Assembly (NCBI GenBank): GCA_963727895.1
Contig: CAVSHT010000005.1
Span: forward strand, 96,001-160,000
DNA length: 64,000 bases
Source of the DNA: an uncultured Methanosarcinaceae archaeon
Lineage (GTDB): Archaea; Halobacteriota; Methanosarcinia; Methanosarcinales; Methanosarcinaceae
Reading direction: 5' to 3'
Below, piece after piece: positions 11,104 to 22,391 of this stretch. Position 1 is the first letter of the stretch. Each line of letters starts with the position of its first letter. The notes under the pieces are model-generated. The model was not told where the DNA came from. It was given only the letters and a program-made list of their open reading frames with translations, and ran no database searches. Both the position numbers and the translations under genes were made by a program.

Positions 11104-12024
11104 ATGAATGATACTAGCAATCCCGAAAAACTCAGCAATCAGGAAAAAAACCTCTTTGAAACCCCAATAAAAAAAATAACAATCATCTGTTCTGCCCCTG
11201 ACCTTGCAAGCCAGAACATTAAAATCCATCTTTTAAGCCTTACAGAATGGAAAAACCTTGAGCTTCCTGAAAATTCCGGATTATTTGCGGCTAGAGAATC
11301 GCTGAACGGAAAATTCAGACTTATTGATATTGAAGAAATGCATGTATTTCAGGACGGACTTGACAGAAAACTCGAAAATGCAGGGTTGTCAGCTTCCCTT
11401 ATAATTTTTGCATCCAAACACAAGAGCAAAGACGAAATTTCGTCTCTTACTGTGCATTGCACAGGAAATCCCTCGGACGATGCAAGGCTTGGAGGTTGCC
11501 CTAAGTCCCTTGCAGTCTCTTCTCCAGCTGCTATGAAATCGATTCTTATGGAAATGAAGCGTCTGGCTGAACAAAAAGGTCTTAAATACGACGTTACTCT
11601 TGAAGTGACTCATCATGGACCTACTGAGCTTTCAGTTCCATCGCTTTATGCTGAAATAGGAAGTACTGAAATACAGTGGAAAGACCCTGAAGCAGGCGAG
11701 GTTGCTGCAAAAGCTATTCTTTCAGTTTCTCTTGAAAAAGTTCCTGTTGCTGTTGGTTTTGGAGGAGGGCATTATGCAATGCGCCAGACAGGGCTTTTGT
11801 TTGATACCGGTATCTCTTTCGGGCACAATTTTCCCAAGTACAAGCTGGAATTTGTGGATGAAGCCCTGGTAAAGCAGGCAATTGAAAAATCAAAGGCTGA
11901 TTTTGCTTATTTTGACCGGAAATCTATGAAAAGTGCAGAAAGGAATAAAATTTCCGAAATTCTTGAGAAACTGGGGCTTAGTGTTCTTAAAGAATCCGAA
12001 ATCAGGGAAAAATATGGGCATTAA
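11104..12024 (+). CDS. dtdA: D-aminoacyl-tRNA deacylase (archaeal DTD2)
   Basis: FASKHKS, LTVHCTGN, TLEVTHHGPT, AEIGS and GFGGGHY motifs. Confidence 0.92.
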   Translation: MNDTSNPEKLSNQEKNLFETPIKKITIICSAPDLASQNIKIHLLSLTEWKNLELPENSGLFAARESLNGKFRLIDIEEMHVFQDGLDRKLENAGLSASLIIFASKHKSKDEISSLTVHCTGNPSDDARLGGCPKSLAVSSPAAMKSILMEMKRLAEQKGLKYDVTLEVTHHGPTELSVPSLYAEIGSTEIQWKDPEAGEVAAKAILSVSLEKVPVAVGFGGGHYAMRQTGLLFDTGISFGHNFPKYKLEFVDEALVKQAIEKSKADFAYFDRKSMKSAERNKISEILEKLGLSVLKESEIREKYGH

Positions 12025-12113
12025 AGTTAAAAATAACACTAAAAAATCCCAATTTTTCAGAATGATTGAATAAATGTATATAAGATGTATTTACAGATAC
12101 GGAACGGGATATA

Positions 12114-12476
12114 ATGCTGAATATTGAGATACTTCCGGTCCTCCTTCGCTTTATTTTTGGTGGAAGTGCTGTTGCAGCTTCTGCAATTATTGCAAAGAAG
12201 TTTGGAGGCAGATTGGGAGGGGGTTTTGCAGCTTTTCCTGCAGTATATATGGCAGCAATTGTTGGTCTGAGTATAGATTATAAGGGTAATGAACTTCTCC
12301 AGGTTTCAGAACAGATCTCAAAAGGTGCAGTTGTGGGAATGCTGGCAGACATTTGCTGTGCTCTTGCTGCAAGTTATTTTATTCTCAGATATGGGTGGAA
12401 AAAGGGACTAGTTTACTCACTTCTTCTCTGGGTTGTACTTGCTCCAACAATCTACTTCACATGGTTCAAATTATGA
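12114..12476 (+). CDS. DUF3147-like small membrane protein
   Basis: RFIFGGSAV and GGGFAAFPAV motifs, with four hydrophobic segments. Confidence 0.75.
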   Translation: MLNIEILPVLLRFIFGGSAVAASAIIAKKFGGRLGGGFAAFPAVYMAAIVGLSIDYKGNELLQVSEQISKGAVVGMLADICCALAASYFILRYGWKKGLVYSLLLWVVLAPTIYFTWFKL

Positions 12477-12488
12477 AAAAATTTTGTC

Positions 12489-12587
12489 AGGCCTTCTTTA
12501 AGAAAAATTGTGATTACGCCGACTACATCGTTTTCGATCAAACATTTTTCCAAAAGGTTTGCACTCAAGCGTTTTTTGAAAAGGCCT
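12489..12587. repeat. Degenerate palindromic intergenic repeat (Methanosarcina-type)
   Basis: Imperfect AGGCCTT...AAGGCCT inverted ends with internal T-tract/A-tract palindromes. Resembles a recalled Methanosarcina interspersed repeat. Confidence 0.45.
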
Positions 12588-12632
12588 ATGGATAGACTTT
12601 CTTTTAGAAAGGATGTAATAAGGAGTTTTATC

Positions 12633-13034
12633 ATGAAATTAGATTTCAAAGACCTTGCTCTCAGGTTTATCTTCGGTGGAATTGTTGTTGCTGCTTGTTA
12701 TATTATACTGCAGATTATCCCCTCAAAATCTTTTGCAGGAGTTTTTGCAGCTTTTCCGGCTGTAATGGCAGCAGCCGTTATAATGGCAGGACATTTCGAA
12801 ACCTCAGAGAAAGCTTCTGACATTGCTCTCGGAGCCAGTGCAGGGATGGTAGGATGCACTATATGTGTGCTCACTGCTGCCTTCTGTATGGATCACCTTA
12901 AAAATTGGGGTCTTTCACTTATTATTGCTCTTTTGGTCTGGTTTTTCAGCTCATATTATGTTACCAGATTGATTTACAGTTTCCTTGAAAAAAAGAAAGG
13001 ACAAATACAGCAAAAAAAGATTATTAAGGTCTAA
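12633..13034 (+). CDS. DUF3147-like membrane protein (paralog)
   Basis: Likely ATG at 12633 after AGGAG. RFIFGG and GVFAAFPAV motifs as in the upstream paralog. Confidence 0.75.
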   Translation: MKLDFKDLALRFIFGGIVVAACYIILQIIPSKSFAGVFAAFPAVMAAAVIMAGHFETSEKASDIALGASAGMVGCTICVLTAAFCMDHLKNWGLSLIIALLVWFFSSYYVTRLIYSFLEKKKGQIQQKKIIKV

Positions 13035-13073
13035 AAACCCAGAAAAAAGCTCTAAAAAGAGAAACTTTTTACA

Positions 13074-13900
13074 GGGAGCCGATCCCAAAACTTGATCTAA
13101 CCTCATTATTGCTGCTAATATTACAACTCCAAAGAGCGGTGTGCCGAAAGTTCTGTAAAATTGTATTGGCTCTGTATCCTTTTACTTTACTACCCAAAAC
13201 AGGATGCAGAGTCAATGGTCAATTTATTCTCATTCATAAAAGATCATCTTGTCGATCAGGAAGCTGGAATTCGCCAACTAATCACATGGTTTTTAAACCT
13301 TGTCATGGAGAAGGAGTCCCTCCTCTAATCTGGTGCAAGACATTACGAGAGAACTGATTCATGTAAAGCTAGTAGAAATGGTTACAAACCTAAAACTCTT
13401 TTGACCAGGTATGGAAAATTCGAATTATTAAAGCCCCAATTCCGTGAGTTTCCTTTTGAAACTAAGGTTTTTGAAAAGTATTTCAGAGTAGAGAAGAATA
13501 TTTTAACTGCAGTAAACGAATCTTATCTTCAAGGTGTTTCCACTAGAAGGGTAGAAAATATTATGACTGCTTTAGGAATTAAAGGTATTTCAGCTTCTTC
13601 TGTTTCACAAATTACTAAAGAATTATATGAAAGGGTTGAAGAGTTCCTCTCAAAGCCAATAGAAAACGAAATTCCTTATCTGTTTATTGATGCAATATAT
13701 CTCAAAGTAAGAGATGGACTTCATTACGAAAACAAAGCTCTTTTTGTAGTTGCAGGAATTCGAGATGACGGTTTACGTGAAATTCTCGGAGCAAGATTGA
13801 CAGACAGTGAAGACTCTCTTTTGGGAAGATTTATTCGAATATCTGAAAGAAAGAGAATTAAGAGGTGTTAAGTTAATCGCTTCTGATGGTCAAAAAGAAG
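13074..13900 (+). mobile_element. IS256-family remnant with a degraded, 3'-truncated transposase
   Basis: From ATG 13215: ...RNGYKPKTLLTRYG...YLQGVSTRRV...YLFIDAIYLKVR...GLREILG. TAA at ~13326, frameshift at ~13820, ends near SDGQK. Boundaries are approximate. Confidence 0.85.
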
Positions 13901-13917
13901 AGGAAAGGGTATAGAGG

Positions 13918-15408
13918 AAATTTTACCTAAATTAAGGTACACTGCCCACTATCAATAGAAGCCGATCTAGAATACTACGAAAACCCAAAATATTACGACA
14001 CTCTTCATATAGCCCAAAATGATGCTCCTTTCAGGCCTACAAGCATAGTTAACGGCCCGTCCAGATCGGCCAAAACAGTCTGTCTCTGGTTGCTGTATTT
14101 GGGTTAATCTCATCTCTTAGCTGGGTTGTCGCTATAGCTCTCACTATTACAATTATCCCAACAGCCGTTGTTCGCCTTATATACTCAGATAAAATCTATC
14201 GCTGGCAACTTTCATGTACGGCAAAAGAGAGAAAAGCCTGGTATTTTCATTGGTTACTTACTGGTGACAGCCACGCAAAAGAAATCCGACTTTTTGAGCT
14301 TGGACCATTATTCATAAAAATATATCATAACCTCCGTAAAGAACTCAGAACTGAGCGGCTTTCCATAATATCAAAAAGATCGATAGCAGATCTAATGGCT
14401 CAAACAGTTGGTGGTGTGGCTATCTTTGGAGGTTTTGTGTTCATAGTTCAAAGAGCTTTTCAGGGCAGCATAACTCTTGGTGACCTCGTCATGTACTTTG
14501 GGGCTTTACAACAGGGTCAATCGTATCTTTCCAGTCTTTTGAGCAGTTTTGCAGGACTATACGAAGATAATCTTTTCCTAACAACTCTTTACGAATTTCT
14601 TGACCTCAAGCCTTCTGTAAAGGAATCATCAAATCCAATGCAAATACCTAGAATGAAAGAGGGAATCTCCTTTGAACACGTGGGATTCTGTTACCCTGAC
14701 CAAAAAACCAGAGTCCTTTATGACATCAACCTGCACATAAGTCCAGGTCAAGTGGTAGCATTAGTTGGAGAAAATGGGTCTGGAAAAACCACACTTATAA
14801 AACTACTCTGCAGGCTTTATGACCCTACAGACGGAAAAATTACATTTGATGGAATCGATTTATGTAACCTCAGGATATCTGATCTTCGAAAAGAGATTAG
14901 TGTCGTTTTTCAGGATTATGCACATTACAACTTAACTGCCAGGGAAAACATCTGGTTTGGTAACATAGATACATCAATTGATACAGAGGATATCCTGCAG
15001 GCAGCAGAATATTCGGGAGCAGACCGTGTTATTGACCGTCTGGATAATGGTTATGATACAATCCTGGGAAAATGGTTTGAAGACGGTACAGAGTTGAATA
15101 TTGGGGAATGGCAGAAAGTTGCCCTTGCCAGAGCTTTTTTACGTGACTCTCAGTTGATAATCATGGATGAACCTACAAGTTCCCTTGACCCCAAAGCTGA
15201 GGATGAAGTTTTCACAAAGTTCCGACAACTTGCTGCAGGCAGGACTGCTATAATAATAAGCCACAGGCTCTCAACAGTCAGGACGGTTGACTGTATCTAT
15301 TTCCTAAAGGGAGGGCGAATTGTGGAAAATGGTAATCACGATGCTTTAATGGCTCCAGATGGTGAATATGCACAACTTTTTAAGATTCAATCACAGCATT
15401 ATCAATAA
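13918..15408 (+). pseudogene. ABC transporter (fused permease/ATPase exporter), 5'-truncated and frameshifted
   Basis: Upstream fragment EADLEYYENPKYYDTLH and a frameshift at ~14055. Walker A GENGSGKTT, altered signature LNIGEWQK and Walker B IIMDEPT. Confidence 0.85.
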
Positions 15409-15440
15409 AGAAAATAGGAAAAACTACTGGAGGAACTACT

Positions 15441-17429
15441 GTGACCCAATTAAGTTTGTCATCTGAAGAGAAACTCCTTTTATACTGTTCAAGATTAAGC
15501 ATAAGTGAGGACATTAAATGCAAAATAGAAGAAATTTTGGCTTTGATACTTAAACATAGTTATATACTATTAGAAAGTATATTTCTTCATGAACTGCCCC
15601 AGATGCAATAGTTCCAGTCACAAAAAGAACGGTATAGTTGGCGGGCGTCAACGGTACAAATGCTCTGATTGTGGCTATAACTATACAGTAGAGATAAAAT
15701 CAACTGCTTTTTCCGCTTTTGTAAAAAGACAGGCTTTACAACTCTATCTTGAAGGATTGGGCTTTCGTTCAATAGGACGATTTTTAGGGGTGAGTCATGT
15801 TTCTGTCCAAAGATGGATAAAGAAATTTGGTCAGGAGTTAGAGAACCTAAAAAGTGAAAATGAGATATCTATTGTTGAAATGGATGAAATGCACACTTAC
15901 ATCGGTAACAAAAAAAATATTGCTGGATCTGGATTGCTGTTGATAGAGTTGGGAAAAAGTTCATCAACTGCTCTTTTGGTAGCAGAGGAACAGAAACTGG
16001 AAAACTACTCTGGGAAAAAGTGAAGAAAAAAGAGATTGGAGAAGTAATGACAGATCACTGGAGAGCATATGCAGAGGTTCTTCCAGAAAAGAGTCATACT
16101 CAATCAAAAGCAGAAACATTTACAGTTGAGGGATATAACAGCATATTGAGGCATTTTCTAGCAAGATTGAGAAGAAAGACAAAGTGTTATACAAAAAGTC
16201 TTGAAATGCTAAAGTACTCGGTTATTCTATTGATGAAATACAGAAATAAAGAGTTAACTATGTTTAATTAACAATGCCGAAATTTTGAGTAATGACTTGG
16301 ATTGGAAATATACTTTAGAATGTTCTATAAAACAGGGAATTTCTCCACTCTTTTATTGGAATTTGAAGAAAATTAACTATGACAAATATGTACCTTCTGA
16401 AATTATAAAGAATCTGGAAAAAATTTATTACAGTAATCTTGCTCGGAACATGCTCCTTTATGACGAATTAAGTAAAATTCTTACGGCTTTTAAGAAAGCA
16501 GATATTGATACTATAGTCCTGATAGGAGCTTTCCTGACAGAGGAAGTTTATAAAAATATTGGTTTACGGCCAATGAGTGATATAGATCTGCTCGTTAAAG
16601 AAGAAGATATTCAAAAGGCTAAAAAAGAATTAATAAAGTTAAAGTACTCTGCTTATGTATATCCAACGAAAACACATGAGAAATTTCAAACTGTATGTAG
16701 CGAAGAACTACCATTCACACATCAAAATAAAAACAGTTATGTTGAAATCCATTGGGATATTCAGCCACGTAATACTCCTTATATGATTGATATTAATAAA
16801 TTCTGGAGTAATAAAAAACAGTTAAGATAGCTGGCATTGAGACACTGACATTTGCTCCCGAAAATCTATTGCAGCATCTTTGTTTCCATGTAGATAAGCA
16901 TGTTAACCTAAATAGTGCACCTCCAGCTAAGCCTTTAAGAGATTATTGTGATATTGCTGAAGTTATAAATTATTACAAGGATATAATTAATTGGAATTAT
17001 CTTCTACAAAGCTCAAAAAATTATGGGATAGAAGAGCCAATTTTTCAAGGTCTGTTTATTGCAAAAAAGTACTTTGGAGCTCCTATTCCAGAAAATATTC
17101 TCAGTGAACTTGAACCTGTTAAATCCGGTATTTCTTTTGAGGAAATATTTAAAGGATTAACAAAGAACAGTTCAAACAAAAAATATCAATGCCTTGAAAT
17201 GAGTTATCTTACGAATTAAAAAATAATAGATGGGTCTTGGAATAAAGCACGTATCATATTAGGGGATGTTTTTCCATCTAAAGAGTACATGATGTATCGT
17301 TATTCCATTAAAAACGAAAATCAAGTCTACCGATATTACTTCGTTCGTTCAGGCACAGCTCTCCAGTGGGGACTGAACATTTTAAAACAATTGCCGGGTT
17401 ATATTTATAGGTCTACATCTGGGAAGTAA
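15441..17429 (+). pseudogene. Nucleotidyltransferase family protein (NTP_transf_5-like), IS1-interrupted
   Basis: GTG 15441 MTQLSLSSEEKLLLYCSR...IEEIL continues after the IS as SNDLDW...GLRPMSDIDLLV...VEIHW. Frameshift at ~16820 and in-frame TAA at 17217. Confidence 0.85.
15539..16278 (+). mobile_element. IS1-family element copy 4 (740 bp), apparently intact
   Basis: Perfect 8-bp DR GAAATTTT. insA spans 15589-16023. insB is reachable by a -1 frameshift at the A8 run near 15910. Confidence 0.96.
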
Positions 17430-17554
17430 ATTTTCGATTCCAATATAATCCTGAAACTTACTAAAAAGTGTAAGCAAGAAAAATAATACCTTACACCTGT
17501 TTCTAAAATTTATCTTTTGTTTTTTCACTATAAGATTATGGAATCCGACTGGAA

Positions 17555-18232
17555 TTATTTTATCAAGCCTTTTTGAACATACCAGTCGTAATCGTGGGCA
17601 AAACGTTCTTTATTGGATTTAACAAGCTGACAGAAATATTTTGCTCTCTGGAGATGCATTTCATCCTGATCTGGATATTTTATTTCCCCACGAATCGATT
17701 TTGCCAGCTTTTTACCAAGCTCCTCGGCAGTTCCTGTAGCTTGTTGAATTGCAGAAGGATATGTCCCAACTGCGACATCAAGACCACCAACAACAGTAAC
17801 ACCAAGATGCATGAGCACATTGTTCATGTATTCTACAATTATATCTGCCTTGCTTCCTCCTGCTGTTGATACAGAGCATCCAAATTTTCCGGTCAGCATC
17901 TGGCAATGGATAGCATCCGATAACCGATCAAAAAAAGCTTTCATAGGAGCTGGAACTGAATTAACATAATTTGGGGCACCAAAAACAATCCCATCGGAAT
18001 TCAAGATTCTGTCAAAAAGTTCCTCAAAGTCGTCGATCTGGGGACATTCGCCAGTAGCATAACAGGCTCCACACCCTGTGCAGTATTCTATTTTCAGTTT
18101 ATAGAGATCTATTAGTTCGATTTCTGCGCCTTCTGATTCAGCACCTTTGAGCACGGATTTTACCAGTTGAAGGGTATTGCTTTCATTTCCTCTCGGACTT
18201 GCATTAATTCCAAGAATCTTCATGATTATCAC
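17555..18232 (-). CDS. Iron-sulfur flavoprotein (Isf / flavodoxin-like FMN reductase)
   Basis: GINASPRGNESNT, CTGCGACYATGEC and APMKAFFDRL motifs. Confidence 0.88.
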   Translation of the reverse strand: MIIMKILGINASPRGNESNTLQLVKSVLKGAESEGAEIELIDLYKLKIEYCTGCGACYATGECPQIDDFEELFDRILNSDGIVFGAPNYVNSVPAPMKAFFDRLSDAIHCQMLTGKFGCSVSTAGGSKADIIVEYMNNVLMHLGVTVVGGLDVAVGTYPSAIQQATGTAEELGKKLAKSIRGEIKYPDQDEMHLQRAKYFCQLVKSNKERFAHDYDWYVQKGLIK

Positions 18233-18263
18233 CTTAGTTAAGTGAATTATACAGGATTAACTA

Positions 18264-19748
18264 TTATTTTTTGCCTTTCGCAGGTATACTGGCAGGAGCT
18301 GTAGAGCCCCTTTTCCCTCTAACCAGGGATGCGAATATCCCAATTATGCAGAAGACAGTAAACAGAGTAAATGCATAATGCAGGCTTGAAACAAATTGTG
18401 GGTAATACTTGGGAGTAATCTCTACAGGACCGATAACAATTGCAAAGATCATCATTGCAATTCCCATCGATAGCATCTGACCAAGAAGACGCATAGTCCC
18501 GTTCATTCCCGATGCAACTCCATAGAATTTTTTGTTGACAGAACTCATGATTGCATTCGTATTTGGAGATGAGAAAAGCCCGAATCCTACACCAAGAATA
18601 ACCAGGGCGATAACAAGATGCGAAATTGGAGTTGTTTCTGTAAGGAAACTGAGACGGAAAAGTCCAAGCGCAGTAAATGTCATTCCTGCAGATGAAACAA
18701 TCCGTGGTTCAATCCTATCAGAAAGTCGACCTGCAATTGGTGAAACAATAGCCATGATGACTGGCTGTGATACCAGGATAAGTCCGGCATGTTCAGGAGA
18801 AAAACCTTTCGTGTACTGAAGATCGAGGCTCAAAAGATAAGTCACTGCATAAGTAGCGCTGTAATTGATAAGCGCAGCCAGGTTCGAAAAAGCAAATATT
18901 CTATTGTTTGTCAGGAGTTTAATATCAAGAACTGGAAACGGTATTTTCATTTCATACAAAGCAAAAACAATAATCCCAATAATTCCTATGCCTAATAGGA
19001 CAGCTCCTTTAAATGCTGGGAGAATTGAAAAACCGTACATAAGGGCAACTACAGCTACACTATATATGATTGAACCTGTAAAGTCGAATTTTTGTCCTCT
19101 GCATTCAGCCCATTCACCTTTAATCTTCCATAAGGTCAGGAGAATTGCTGTAATACCTATTGGGACATTTACGAAGAAGATACTCCTCCAGCCAAGATGT
19201 TGTGTCATTGCACCTCCAAGCAGGGGACCAATAGAAAGCCCAATGTATACTGCAGTAATGTAAGTACCAAGAGCTTTACCACGCTCGCCAGGTGGAAAGA
19301 CAGAGGTAACGATAGCAACACCTGTCCCAAAGATCATGGCACTCCCTATACCCTGGACAGCTCGTAGTCCAATTAGCATTTCCGTTGAAGGGACCATAGT
19401 CATAGCTAAGGATGAAATGCTGAAAATCGCAATACCGTAAAGAAATACCCTCTTCCTTCCATAAATGTCAGCGATTTTTCCAAAGGGGACAAGAAATAGT
19501 GCTGATGAAAGGAGATATGCAGTAGCAACCCAGGAGAGAGAAATTGAGTTCATATGAAATTCAGCACCAAGTGCAGGCAAGGCAATATTTACGGCTGAAC
19601 TATCAAAAGGAGTAAGAAATCCCGAAAGTATCGCAATAAAGAGCACAATCTGTTTACCTATACCGCTAACAGGAGCATTAGGGGCATGGCAGCTTTCCGG
19701 AGCTTTATTAATTGATTTAACATTATTTTCGTTTTCCATATGTATCAC
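18264..19748 (-). CDS. MFS transporter, DHA2-type (14 TM)
   Basis: DSSAVNIALP, GKIADIYGRKR and GPLLGG...WRSIFFVNVPIG motifs. Confidence 0.9.
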   Translation of the reverse strand: MIHMENENNVKSINKAPESCHAPNAPVSGIGKQIVLFIAILSGFLTPFDSSAVNIALPALGAEFHMNSISLSWVATAYLLSSALFLVPFGKIADIYGRKRVFLYGIAIFSISSLAMTMVPSTEMLIGLRAVQGIGSAMIFGTGVAIVTSVFPPGERGKALGTYITAVYIGLSIGPLLGGAMTQHLGWRSIFFVNVPIGITAILLTLWKIKGEWAECRGQKFDFTGSIIYSVAVVALMYGFSILPAFKGAVLLGIGIIGIIVFALYEMKIPFPVLDIKLLTNNRIFAFSNLAALINYSATYAVTYLLSLDLQYTKGFSPEHAGLILVSQPVIMAIVSPIAGRLSDRIEPRIVSSAGMTFTALGLFRLSFLTETTPISHLVIALVILGVGFGLFSSPNTNAIMSSVNKKFYGVASGMNGTMRLLGQMLSMGIAMMIFAIVIGPVEITPKYYPQFVSSLHYAFTLFTVFCIIGIFASLVRGKRGSTAPASIPAKGKK

Positions 19749-20315
19749 TGATTAGAAAGGTCATTATCTGCGGTCTGTAATGTTGAGAGATCCGAATCGA
19801 ATTTATTTGCAGGGTTTACTGTTTCTTAAATAATGCTTTTCAGAATATTTTTGCCATGATTGACTGATCGATCATTTAGTGTATTTCATTATTATTAAAT
19901 ATACCACTCCAGAAGCAAAGTTGATAGAGATTTTTGATAAGATATTTCACAAAAAATTTGTGTTGCGCCTTCAGATCACATAGTTTAGAGGGGTTTTGGT
20001 TAAATAGTAAAAATAGTTTGTGATCAAGATAATTTCAAAACATGTAGTAACTACGTCACTTGTACAGGTTTTTTGATTAAACGTTTCCTAAAAATGTTTG
20101 CAATAAATATGAGAAAGCAAATTAACTTATGATAATTGAGCAGTAACATAAAGAAAATAGAAGTAAATTGAAAGATAAAGGCGATCAAGTTTTATATATA
20201 AATTTGGGATTAAGCCAATATATCCATGCTTGCATGAAAATTTATGGATCAATCAATCAACCAATCAATCAATTAATTATGCCTGTATGAATATTATAGA
20301 GGTTAAAGATTTACA

Positions 20316-21464
20316 ATGAATGAAATAATTATCTGGATACTGATTATGCTCTGTGTTACTCAGTCTGCTGTCTTTTCCGGCATGACGATAGGAGTTTTTG
20401 GTCTTGGAAGACTCAGACTTGAAATCGAGGCCGAAGCAGACAACAAAGAAGCTATTAAAATCTTACAGATCCGGCGTGACTCTAATTTCTTACTTACAAC
20501 TTTACTATGGGGAAACATAGCAGTAAACGTTCTAGTTGCTCAGCTTACAGGCTCAGTGCTAACAGGAGCCTCAGCATTCCTTTTCTCTACTTTCATTATC
20601 ACCAGTTTCGGAGAAATCGTACCTCAGGCGTATTTTTCCAGAAATGCGCTTAAACTTGGAGCAAAGCTAACTCCTCTTGTGCGATTCTACCAGATACTAC
20701 TTTATCCGGTAGCTAAGCCAACAGCTCTTATTCTTGACTGGTGGCTGGGCAGAGAAAAACTTGAGCTTTTCAAAGAGCAGTCTATGAGGATTATGCTCGA
20801 AAAACATATAGAGTCCGGAAGGACGGATATAGGTACTTTTGAAGGAATCGGAGCCCTGAACTTTCTTTCCATAGATGATGTTAGCATTTCTGATGAAGGT
20901 TCACTAATAGACCAAAGAAGTATAATTTCTCTTCCGGTTGAAAATAACCGTCCTGTGTTCCCTCTTTTTAAAAGAGAACCGGCAGACTCGTTTCTACAAC
21001 AGATCGAAGCCTCGGGAAAGAAATGGGTAATTATTACCAGCCCTCAGGATGAACCTGTCATGGTGCTCGATGCCGATGGATTCCTGAGAGATGCAGTTTA
21101 TAAGAAAGGTCCATTCATTCCGCTTTCTTATTGCCATTTTCCGGTTGTCGTGAAATCTCCACAGACCAGGCTTGAGAAAGTAATCAGACAGTTCAAAGTA
21201 TATCCGCAATATCCTGAAGATGATGTAATTGACCAGGACCTTATTCTCTACTGGGGTCAGGAGAAAAGGATTGTTACTGGATCGGATATTTTGGGCAGAT
21301 TGCTGCGAGGAATTGTAGTGGAATGTGACCTGAAATCAGGGTGTGAATCACCTGTCCCACCTTCCCAGCCTGGAATTGTAAGAAGAAGTTTGAGAAGAGG
21401 AAAGAAGAAAGAAAGCAAGGAAGAGAAAAAAGAAAGCAAGGAAGAGAAGAAAGAAAAAGAGTGA
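20316..21464 (+). CDS. DUF21 (CNNM) domain membrane protein
   Basis: SAVFSGMTIG, LLTTLLWGN and FGEIVPQAY motifs. A 21-bp duplication lies in the K/E-rich tail. Confidence 0.85.
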   Translation: MNEIIIWILIMLCVTQSAVFSGMTIGVFGLGRLRLEIEAEADNKEAIKILQIRRDSNFLLTTLLWGNIAVNVLVAQLTGSVLTGASAFLFSTFIITSFGEIVPQAYFSRNALKLGAKLTPLVRFYQILLYPVAKPTALILDWWLGREKLELFKEQSMRIMLEKHIESGRTDIGTFEGIGALNFLSIDDVSISDEGSLIDQRSIISLPVENNRPVFPLFKREPADSFLQQIEASGKKWVIITSPQDEPVMVLDADGFLRDAVYKKGPFIPLSYCHFPVVVKSPQTRLEKVIRQFKVYPQYPEDDVIDQDLILYWGQEKRIVTGSDILGRLLRGIVVECDLKSGCESPVPPSQPGIVRRSLRRGKKKESKEEKKESKEEKKEKE

Positions 21465-21534
21465 AAAAGGAAGAAAATATAACTACAAAAATAAAGCAGA
21501 AAATATAACTCAAAATGAATAAAAAAGGATATAT

Positions 21535-22239
21535 ATGAAAATACACTGCATCCAGCATGTTGAGTTTGAAACATTGGGAACTATTGTTGAATGGATAAAA
21601 GAAAGAGAACACTCTTTATCAACCACACATTTATACGAAAATCATGATTTTCCAGGCCTGGATGACTTCGACTTTCTCATAGTCATGGGCGAGCCGATGA
21701 ATATCTATGAATATGAAAAATATCCCTGGCTGAAAAAAGAAAAAACATTTATAAAAGAAGCTATCGCTGCAGGAAAATCAGTTATTGGGATCTGTCTTGG
21801 TGCTCAGCTTGTTGCTGATGTCCTGAAAGCTGAGGTGTTTAAAAACAATGATAAGGAAATCGGATGGTTTCCGGTTTTTAAGATCAAGCAGGAGGCTGAA
21901 AATCCCCTGCTAAAAGATATTCCTGAAAAATTTATAGCTTTTCACTGGCATGGAGATACCTTTGGTCTGCCTGAAGGAGCAGTAAGACTCTTTGAAAGTG
22001 AGGCCTGCAAAAATCAGGGTTTTATTTACAAAAACAGGGTAATTGGACCTCAGCTCCATCTGGAAATGAGCAACATAACAATCGGAAACGTTATTGAAAA
22101 CTGCAAGGATGAACTGATTGAGGGGACATATATCCAGAAAGAGAAAGAAATGCTGGATAAATATTCATTTTTAGCAGAGTCAAAATTATTGATGTTCAGG
22201 ATAATGGACAATTTTCAGGAGAGTATTACAAATAGCTGA
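21535..22239 (+). CDS. Type 1 glutamine amidotransferase (GuaA-like)
   Basis: IQHVEFE, GICLGAQL, EIGW, FHWHGDTF and QLHLE (Cys-His-Glu triad). Confidence 0.88.
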   Translation: MKIHCIQHVEFETLGTIVEWIKEREHSLSTTHLYENHDFPGLDDFDFLIVMGEPMNIYEYEKYPWLKKEKTFIKEAIAAGKSVIGICLGAQLVADVLKAEVFKNNDKEIGWFPVFKIKQEAENPLLKDIPEKFIAFHWHGDTFGLPEGAVRLFESEACKNQGFIYKNRVIGPQLHLEMSNITIGNVIENCKDELIEGTYIQKEKEMLDKYSFLAESKLLMFRIMDNFQESITNS

Positions 22240-22302
22240 ATAGTTTCGATTATCTTTTGCCCTAAATAATATGGAGAATGGGAAGAGAGTCAAAAATCAT
22301 AT

Positions 22303-22360
22303 AATAGTGCTTAGAACTGATAGAGTGAGAATAGTGCTCAGAACTGATAGAGTAAGCACT
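22303..22360. repeat. 24-bp direct duplication between convergent genes (possible terminator region)
   Basis: AATAGTGCTYAGAACTGATAGAGT at 22303 and 22330. Confidence 0.75.
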
Positions 22361-22391
22361 GACATAATAAAATTTAGGAAAAAATAAAAAA

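Noticed and set aside
12510..12632. 41-aa N-terminal extension of the second DUF3147 ORF
   Set aside because: It is read through the palindromic repeat. The RBS and paralog alignment favour ATG 12633.
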